64,000 nucleotides of DNA from an uncultured Haliangium sp. (GTDB taxonomy: Bacteria > Pseudomonadota > Gammaproteobacteria > GCA-001735895): assembly GCA_964195735.1 (NCBI GenBank), contig CAXMQY010000056.1:1503-65502 (forward strand). The letters run 5' to 3'. The position numbers and the translations under genes are program-made. Below are positions 57,730 to 64,000 of the stretch, one piece after another. Numbering within the stretch: position 1 is the first letter of the stretch; each line of letters starts with the position of its first letter. Under the pieces are notes generated by a model. It saw only the letters and a program-made list of their open reading frames with translations, was not told the DNA's origin and ran no database searches.

Positions 57730-58287
57730 GTGGACAAGGTTTACATTACCGCGCAGGAGTTGCTGGAAGATTCGTTCCGGCTCGCGCACAAGATTTACGC
57801 GGACGGGTTTCACCCGCAATTTATTATTGGTATCTGGCGTGGTGGCACGCCGGTCGGCATCGCGGTGCAGGAATATTTCGAGTTCCGCAAGCTCGAAACC
57901 GACCACATCTCGGTGCGCACCTCGTCCTACTACGGCATCAACAAGCAGGCCAAGGAAATCCGCGTACACGGGCTGCACTACCTGATCGAGAACGCCAACG
58001 CAGAAGACAAGTTGCTGATCGTCGATGACGTGTTTGACTCAGGGCGCAGTGTCGATGCGCTGATCAAGGCTATTCGCAAGCAGTCACGCCTGAACACACC
58101 TTCGGATATCCGCGTCGCATGCCCGTGGTACAAGCCATCCAAGAACAGCGTCAAATTCGAACCGGACTACTACCTGAACGAAAGCGAGGAATGGCTTGTG
58201 TTCCCGCACGAACTTGACGGACTCGAAATCGACGAGATCGGCGAAGGCAAGAAAGACCTCGCCAACATCCTCGATCTGTTCGAATAG
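57730..58287 (+). CDS. phosphoribosyltransferase-family protein, xanthine-guanine PRTase (Gpt)-like
   Basis: PRPP-binding motif LLIVDDVFDSGRS. The SSYYGINKQAKEIRV block parallels Gpt SSYDHDNQRELKV. GTG start preceded by a GGAGG RBS. Confidence 0.7.
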   Translation: MDKVYITAQELLEDSFRLAHKIYADGFHPQFIIGIWRGGTPVGIAVQEYFEFRKLETDHISVRTSSYYGINKQAKEIRVHGLHYLIENANAEDKLLIVDDVFDSGRSVDALIKAIRKQSRLNTPSDIRVACPWYKPSKNSVKFEPDYYLNESEEWLVFPHELDGLEIDEIGEGKKDLANILDLFE

Positions 58288-58317
58288 CTGGAAAAGGGGA
58301 CGGCCTTATTCCTCCTG

Positions 58318-58350
58318 CGAAAGTGTGTGTCCCTTCATCATGTGTCCCTT
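58318..58350. repeat. REP copies (inverse orientation), GAAAGTGTGTGTCCCTTCATCATGTGTCCCTTCATCATT
   Basis: Same GGGACACAC core as the RAYT-flanking REPs. Confidence 0.55.
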
Positions 58351-58557
58351 CATCATTCCGAATGGTTGAATAGCCAATACCTGTCAAATTGATGACCTCC
58401 GTCAACGGATAAATAAAAGCCGCGATTACATTATGGTGATGGGCTTATTACACGCCACCTATGGATCAGTTCGTTCAACCATGAACCAGAGCAGCGCAAT
58501 CGCCGATGATGTTGTGACGATTGTCGACGCCGTTCAAATCCCGCTGGAGGAGGAACG

Positions 58558-59469
58558 ATGGTAAGCAACACTCCCTCGATATCGACAGAACCCGCAATTC
58601 GGAATGTACAGATTCTGTCGACCGGATCTGGTGAACAACACAAAGAGCACCGTTACGGTAGCCTACTTCCCACAATAGCCTGGGTGCTCATGTCTCGTAG
58701 CTGGATCGAAATCCCGATTCATGTTTTTGTTATCGAGCATCGCGATGGTTTGGTGTTGTTCGATACGGGTCTGGATCCGGCGATCGTCTCGAACCCAACT
58801 TATATAGACTCGGTAATCGGCCGGTTCTTCATGAAGCGTATTTTTCGCTTGCACATTGGCCCGACCGATACCCTCGCCCATAAGCTCAACGCCATCGGTT
58901 ACGCCGCCAGCGACGTGTGCAAGGTCGTCGTCTCGCATCTGCACTTTGATCATATTGGTGGCATTGGAGACGTGCCACAGGCCGACCTGTTAGTGAGTCG
59001 AAACGAATGGCGCCAACTTTCACAAGCGCATCCCGAGCGCGACTACATATTTCGTGAACACATTGAATTGCCCGGCACCAAATGGATGCCATTTGATTTT
59101 GTTGCAACCGATGATCCACTGCTTGGACCCTTCGGCAGTTGCTACGATGTGATGGGGGATGGTTCAATCGTGTTGATCCCGACTCCCGGGCACACGGTCG
59201 GGTCTTTGTCCATGCTAGTGCGAACCGACAACTATCCCCCACTTCTGCTGATCGGTGATCTTGCGTATGATGTTGACCTGCTCATGCGCGATCAGCTTCC
59301 TGGCGTTTACGCCAACAAAACTCAGTTGCAGTCGTCCTTTGCGAAAGTTCGTGGCCTCAAAGCCCAATTACCGGACTTGCTTATTCTCGGAAGCCACGAT
59401 CCCGCAGCGGTTAGCGCACTGAACTCGGTCACCGGTTCGGCAAAGAGGAAAACTAATGTCAAAGGATAA
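58558..59469 (+). CDS. MBL-fold metallo-hydrolase (N-acyl-homoserine-lactonase-like)
   Basis: HLHFDHIGG zinc-binding motif, 303 aa. Confidence 0.7.
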   Translation: MVSNTPSISTEPAIRNVQILSTGSGEQHKEHRYGSLLPTIAWVLMSRSWIEIPIHVFVIEHRDGLVLFDTGLDPAIVSNPTYIDSVIGRFFMKRIFRLHIGPTDTLAHKLNAIGYAASDVCKVVVSHLHFDHIGGIGDVPQADLLVSRNEWRQLSQAHPERDYIFREHIELPGTKWMPFDFVATDDPLLGPFGSCYDVMGDGSIVLIPTPGHTVGSLSMLVRTDNYPPLLLIGDLAYDVDLLMRDQLPGVYANKTQLQSSFAKVRGLKAQLPDLLILGSHDPAAVSALNSVTGSAKRKTNVKG

Positions 59470-59607
59470 CCAATACCGTGCCATCGTCATCGGATCTGGC
59501 ATGGGCGGCATGACGACAGCTACGGCATTGTCACGATTGGACCACAATGTCTTGCTGAGGCATGTGGGATGAATCATGGCGATTAGCAGCCCCCCGCCAG
59601 GTAGAGG

Positions 59608-60606
59608 TTGACCTTGAAAGCGATCGTCAACACCCGCTACGGATCGCCTGATGTCCTGGCGATACAAGAAGTGCCGAAGCCGGAACCGAAAGCAGACGAA
59701 GTACTGATCAGAGTTCATGCGACGACGGTTAGCCGAACCGATAGCGGTAACCTTCGCGCCCAACCACCTTTGATCGGCCGCTTATCTATGGGTCTGCTGC
59801 GACCGAAGTACACTATCCTCGGCATGGATTTTGCGGGAATAGTGGAAGTCGTTGGTGCGGGCGTCACGTTGTTCAAGCCGGGTGATCGGGTTTTTGGAAT
59901 GTCGCCGGATCATTACGGTGCTCATGCGGATTACCTCTGCATGCCTGAAACGGGGACAATAGTAACGATGCCAGGGGGCATAGAGTTTAACGAAGCCGTG
60001 GTCTGCGAGGGCGCCTGGTATGCCCATACTAATCTTCACGAATTCGGCCTGAAGCCCGGCCACAAGATCCTGATCTACGGCGCGTCCGGTGCTATCGGCA
60101 CGGCGGCGGTGCAGCTCGCGAAATTCTATGGCGCCGAGGTAACGGCAGTGGTCGCAACCCGGCATCTGGATATCGTCAAATCGCTCGGTGCGGACAACAT
60201 GGTCGACTATACGGTCGAGGATTTTACGCAAATCGGTGAGACCTTCGATTGCATATTGGATGCCGTCGGAAAAACAACGTACTTCCAATGTCGAAGGTTG
60301 CTGAAACCACATGGGGTCTTTGCCGCGACCGATCTCGGGCCGTGGTGGCAAAACCTCTTGCTCGCGGCCTGGTCGTCGGTCACCGGGAACAACAGGGTAG
60401 TACTTCCAATGCCGAAAGGCAGCAGGACCTTTGTGGACTGGTTGAAAAGCCGCATGGAAGCGGGTGAATTCCGCGCGGTGATCGATCGAGAATATTCTTT
60501 CGATGCGATCGTTGATGCCTATCGCTTTGTGGAAACCGCGCAGAAGACCGGGATTGTGGTCATCAACGTGGTGCCGGTCAACGAGAGCACAGCAGTAGAA
60601 TCATGA
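59608..60606 (+). CDS. NAD(P)-dependent medium-chain dehydrogenase/reductase (zinc-type alcohol dehydrogenase/quinone oxidoreductase-like)
   Basis: GroES-like N-terminal domain plus a Rossmann GASGAIGTAAVQLAK motif. Confidence 0.8.
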   Translation: MTLKAIVNTRYGSPDVLAIQEVPKPEPKADEVLIRVHATTVSRTDSGNLRAQPPLIGRLSMGLLRPKYTILGMDFAGIVEVVGAGVTLFKPGDRVFGMSPDHYGAHADYLCMPETGTIVTMPGGIEFNEAVVCEGAWYAHTNLHEFGLKPGHKILIYGASGAIGTAAVQLAKFYGAEVTAVVATRHLDIVKSLGADNMVDYTVEDFTQIGETFDCILDAVGKTTYFQCRRLLKPHGVFAATDLGPWWQNLLLAAWSSVTGNNRVVLPMPKGSRTFVDWLKSRMEAGEFRAVIDREYSFDAIVDAYRFVETAQKTGIVVINVVPVNESTAVES

Positions 60607-61574
60607 AAGCAATCGTGTTTACACGCTATGGATCGCCGAATGGCCTTGAGCTAAAAGACGTCGCAAAACCCAGGCCGGCAGACGACGAAGTTCTGGTCAG
60701 GGTTCGTGCCTCCTCTATTAACTCGTGGGACTGGGAGTTCTTAAACGGCACACCGTTTGTAAACCGTCTGATGTTTGGTCTTCTCAGGCCAAAACCGGGT
60801 AAGCAGAAACTCGGCGCTGATATAGCCGGGACGATCGAGGCGATCGGTGCAAACGTTACGCGATTTCAACCGGGTGATGAGGTGTTCGGGGATCTATGGA
60901 ATGGCTGGGGTGGTTTTGCCGAATTCGTTTGTGCGAAAGAAACCTCCGTGGAACCGAAACCAGCCAATGTAACGTTTGAGGAAGCTGCCGCCGTGCCTCA
61001 AGCCGGTGTCCTGGCTCTGCAAGGGCTTCGCAAAGGCGGTGATCTGCAGCGGGGACAGAAGGTATTGGTTAACGGAGCAGGTGGTGGTGTCGGTACATTT
61101 GCGATTCAACTTGCCAAGCTCTCCGGGGCTGAAGTCACTGGAGTCGATGCCTCACATAAGCTTGATGTCGTTCGCTCGGTTGGTGCAGACCACGTCATCG
61201 ACTACGCCAAAGAAGACTTCACAAAAAACAGTGAAGGTTACGACCTGATCATTGATTGTCAGAATTTTCGGTCGATGTTCGATAACAGGCGCGCGCTAAA
61301 TCCTGAGGGAACCTACGCCATGATCGGCGGTTCGATGCTGCGCGTCTTGCAGCTCTGGTTCCTGAGCCTGATAGCCTGGTTCACTCGCGATGATAAGACG
61401 CTTTGTCTGGTTGCAGATGGGCCCAACATCGGGTTGGATTATTTACGGGAGTTGCTCGAGGCCGGAAAGCTCGTCCCCAGCATTGACAGGACCTATCCAT
61501 TGAGCGAAGTGCCTGAGGCGTTGCGCTATTTCGGAGAAGGTCGTCACAAAGGAAAAATCGTCATCACCATGTGA
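60603..61574 (+). CDS. MDR-family dehydrogenase, tandem paralogue of the upstream gene
   Basis: Same architecture (GAGGGVGTFAIQLAK). 4-nt start/stop overlap (ATGA). Confidence 0.8.
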   Translation: MKAIVFTRYGSPNGLELKDVAKPRPADDEVLVRVRASSINSWDWEFLNGTPFVNRLMFGLLRPKPGKQKLGADIAGTIEAIGANVTRFQPGDEVFGDLWNGWGGFAEFVCAKETSVEPKPANVTFEEAAAVPQAGVLALQGLRKGGDLQRGQKVLVNGAGGGVGTFAIQLAKLSGAEVTGVDASHKLDVVRSVGADHVIDYAKEDFTKNSEGYDLIIDCQNFRSMFDNRRALNPEGTYAMIGGSMLRVLQLWFLSLIAWFTRDDKTLCLVADGPNIGLDYLRELLEAGKLVPSIDRTYPLSEVPEALRYFGEGRHKGKIVITM

Positions 61575-61720
61575 CAACCCGGGTCGACAATGTCGGTGAT
61601 TCAAAGAACCCAGGGACCAGCGGAGTTGTGGAAAACACTTCACATCGTGATTGTTCGCTTGCTGGCGTAGTGAAAACAGGGTGTTTATACTTGCAGCATC
61701 TCGTCGTGGTTACCGATCGC

Positions 61721-63310
61721 ATGGCTCTACCGACAACGACTGCAAGGCTCGCGTTCACGGTGTGCCTGGCATTTTTTATCTGCTCTTGCTCTTACCTCGA
61801 GGGCAGCTTCGTGCAGGCAGAATATAAGCGCATTCAGAATGCCGAGCCGGGGCAGCTCAATGCCAAGCACATGATCGACAGGGAGAGTTATTTTATAAAT
61901 GGGCGCAGCGTTGATGTCACCGGTAAATACTCTGGATTGCCCAAGGCGATTGCTGCGTTTTCCAGCAAATACCAGGCTAATGAGCGTGTTGACACCATGC
62001 ATTTTGAACTGGCTGGATCGCACTTCGGGCTGAATCTGCCGGAAGGCCATTACGATCTGCTCGTCTTTGCCGATATCGACGGTAACGGTGTTCTCGAGTC
62101 GTCAGAAGTTGTCGGCAAGCGGTCGATCGAATTAAACAGTTCGCTGGTGCCGGAAAAAGTGCTTGGCCAGGTGGATCTGCAATTGACCGAGCCCGTCACC
62201 ATCGATTGGCATGTTTCAATCGACCTGCCCGATTCAAGCGAACGACCTGTATCACTGTTTTTCCCTTCCGGGACTATCCGAAAGCTGGACGATCCCATAT
62301 TCGATAGCAGCTTTTCAACAATGGGCATGTACGATCCTGCCTCGTTTCTCGAACAGGCGCCGACCATGTTTTATGCCCTGGAGGAAGATCTCGGTTACAA
62401 GATTCCTGTCGTTTTCGTGCATGGCATTGACGGCAGCGCGCGCGATTTTGAGAATTTAGTCGATAAACTCGATCGGAGCCGCTACAAGCCGTGGTTTTTT
62501 TACTATCCCTCCGGCGGCGATCTCGAGCAGATGGCCGAGCTTTTTTATCAGATATTCCTCTCTGGAAATGTCTATCGGGGACCCGATATGCCAATCATTA
62601 TCGTCGCTCACAGCATGGGCGGACTGATTGTCAGAGAAGCAATCAATCGGTACAAAGGAAAAGCGGATGAGAATCAGATCCACTTGTTCATATCAATGGC
62701 AACCCCTTTTGGCGGGCACGCCGCGGCAGCGACCGGCGAAAAACACGGCCTGATCGTGTTGCCTTCGTGGCGGGATTTGAATCCGGAGAATCCGTTCATT
62801 GGTAACCTGTACCGAAATCCGTTAGCGGATTTCGTCCACCATGAATTGATTTATGCCTACAACAATTCCGATACCATCAAGATAGGCGAGAACAGTGATG
62901 GTGTGGTAGCGCTCGCCAGTCAACTGCATCAGCCGGCACAACGCCAGGCAAGTGGACAATTCGGCTTTAACAACACACATACAAATATTCTCGACAGTGA
63001 TGCGGTGGCCGAGCACATTCGAATCCGTATGGCGACGGTGAAGACAGTATTTCCGGAAACACATCTTCGTTTGTTGCAACAGGGCGGCTACGAAGTGACG
63101 CTCGGGGACGCCTACTCGGCAAAGGCGCAGTATGCGATCCGATCCTATGGGAAATACCTGATGGCTTTATCTCAAGACAGGCTCATGCCTGTTCATCCCG
63201 AGGAGGTTCGGTTCGTCGCCGTAGTCAATGGAGAGCAAGCGCCTAAAGACGATGCGGAAAAGGGCTGGCTGCGATTCCTCCGCGAACATCCTGAATTCAA
63301 AGACGACTAA
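61721..63310 (+). CDS. alpha/beta-hydrolase (PGAP1/DUF676 lipase-like), secreted or lipoprotein
   Basis: Nucleophile elbow AHSMGG. The probable start is MALPTTTARLAFTVCLAFFICSC within the longer ORF that begins at 61571. Confidence 0.7.
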   Translation: MALPTTTARLAFTVCLAFFICSCSYLEGSFVQAEYKRIQNAEPGQLNAKHMIDRESYFINGRSVDVTGKYSGLPKAIAAFSSKYQANERVDTMHFELAGSHFGLNLPEGHYDLLVFADIDGNGVLESSEVVGKRSIELNSSLVPEKVLGQVDLQLTEPVTIDWHVSIDLPDSSERPVSLFFPSGTIRKLDDPIFDSSFSTMGMYDPASFLEQAPTMFYALEEDLGYKIPVVFVHGIDGSARDFENLVDKLDRSRYKPWFFYYPSGGDLEQMAELFYQIFLSGNVYRGPDMPIIIVAHSMGGLIVREAINRYKGKADENQIHLFISMATPFGGHAAAATGEKHGLIVLPSWRDLNPENPFIGNLYRNPLADFVHHELIYAYNNSDTIKIGENSDGVVALASQLHQPAQRQASGQFGFNNTHTNILDSDAVAEHIRIRMATVKTVFPETHLRLLQQGGYEVTLGDAYSAKAQYAIRSYGKYLMALSQDRLMPVHPEEVRFVAVVNGEQAPKDDAEKGWLRFLREHPEFKDD

Positions 63311-63397
63311 CGCTCGAGATAATCCCTTAACTGTGCTGGGAAAACGCCCGGAAAAACGGGGCACACCTGTGCCTCACCGTATTCAATATAAGGGCTT

Positions 63398-63560
63398 AAT
63401 GGAGTCACGACCAGGCAACCACGACCAGGGACACACGCTTTACTGGCACGACCAGCGTACGACCGGCACGACCAGGGACACACGCTTTACTAGTCACGAC
63501 CAGGGACACACGCTTTACTCGTCCTGCGAAAATGTGTATCCCTTCGAGATTTTGTATGGA
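63398..63560. repeat. tandem REP array, 3 copies of CACGACCAGGGACACACGCTTTACT plus one degenerate inverse copy
   Basis: Read directly. Same core as the RAYT-flanking REPs. Confidence 0.6.
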
Positions 63561-63723
63561 GCAAGATCGGAGTTTTCTGCCTGGTCGATACTGAAAATAC
63601 CAGGCGACACGCTGTAGCGAAATCCACATCGATATAAACATTTTCGCATTCGCGTAATTGAGTGGGAGAGTGGCTTTTAGCTCGTCTATACTCCCTCTAT
63701 ATAAATGGATACCAGAGGGAAGA

Positions 63724-64000
63724 ATGACGCAGGAATCTGAATTGAATTTGCTGGTTAGAGCGATGTCATTTGCAGCGCATAAACATAAGAATCAGCGGCG
63801 CAAGGGTAAGGATGCGTCACCCTATATCAATCACCCGATCGGCCTTGTTGAGGTGCTCGTTGACGTGGGCAACGTTACCGATATCAATGCGATCTGCGCG
63901 GCGTTACTGCATGATACCGTCGAAGACACCAAAACAACTCGAGAAGAGTTGACTGAAACCTTTGGCGCCGAGATCAGCGCCATCGTTATGGAAGTGACGG
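63724..64000 (+). CDS. HD-domain protein, SpoT/RelA-hydrolase-domain-like (small alarmone hydrolase), truncated by the window end
   Basis: Not in the ORF track because it has no stop. Translated from ATG 63724 it reads MTQESELNLLVRAMSFAAHKHKNQRRKGKDASPYINHPIGLVEVL...LLHDTVEDT, which matches the ppGpp-hydrolase HD motif. Confidence 0.6.
   Translation, partial: MTQESELNLLVRAMSFAAHKHKNQRRKGKDASPYINHPIGLVEVLVDVGNVTDINAICAALLHDTVEDTKTTREELTETFGAEISAIVMEVT

Overview
This is a high-GC (about 60-65%) proteobacterial chromosomal window, probably from a marine or halophilic gammaproteobacterium-like organism. It is densely packed with catabolic genes.

The content falls into these blocks:
- **Quaternary-amine/C1 module (about 1-9 kb).** The 3' end of a B12-binding corrinoid protein, a DUF1638 protein, metV-metF (acetogen-type methylene-THF reductase), a pterin-binding methyl-THF:corrinoid methyltransferase (MtgA-like) and a RamA-type corrinoid reductive activase lie on the plus strand. 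On the opposite strand is a non-pyrrolysine MttB-superfamily methyltransferase (glycine betaine/quaternary amine:corrinoid type), flanked by two GbdR/GlxA-type AraC regulators.
- **Betaine/choline island (about 9-17 kb).** A DAO-family FAD oxidoreductase, a JmjC/cupin protein, a GMC choline-dehydrogenase paralogue, a PatB-like C-S lyase and a sarcosine-oxidase-beta-like flavoenzyme.
- **Arsenic/metal module (about 16.7-19.2 kb).** arsR (C-terminal Cys type), an ArsI/CadI-family gene, ACR3 and a divergent DUF411 gene.
- **Small genes (about 19-24 kb).** An orphan OtnK-family kinase, a secreted hypothetical protein, canonical betA and a MOSC protein.
- **Mobile element.** A frameshifted REP-associated HUH tyrosine transposase (RAYT-like), flanked by inverted arrays of a REP element with core GGGACACAC. 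The same REP family recurs in tandem arrays at at least four other intergenic sites.
- **oadGAB** (Na+-pumping oxaloacetate decarboxylase).
- **Hydroxy-amino-acid-type catabolic cluster.** A TPP enzyme, a ketopantoate-reductase-like protein, IclR, a class V aminotransferase, a DSD1-family PLP enzyme and a threonine/serine dehydratase-like protein.
- **Purine-to-glyoxylate island (about 40-58 kb).** uraD, puuE, a GntR regulator, hiuH, xdhABC, a BMP-family ABC transporter, the membrane cytochrome-c urate hydroxylase PuuD, guanine deaminase, a second amidohydrolase, allantoicase, ureidoglycolate lyase and a Gpt-like PRTase.
- **End of window.** An MBL-fold hydrolase, two tandem MDR dehydrogenases, an alpha/beta hydrolase and a truncated SpoT-like HD-domain gene.

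No rRNA, tRNA or CRISPR was recognised.
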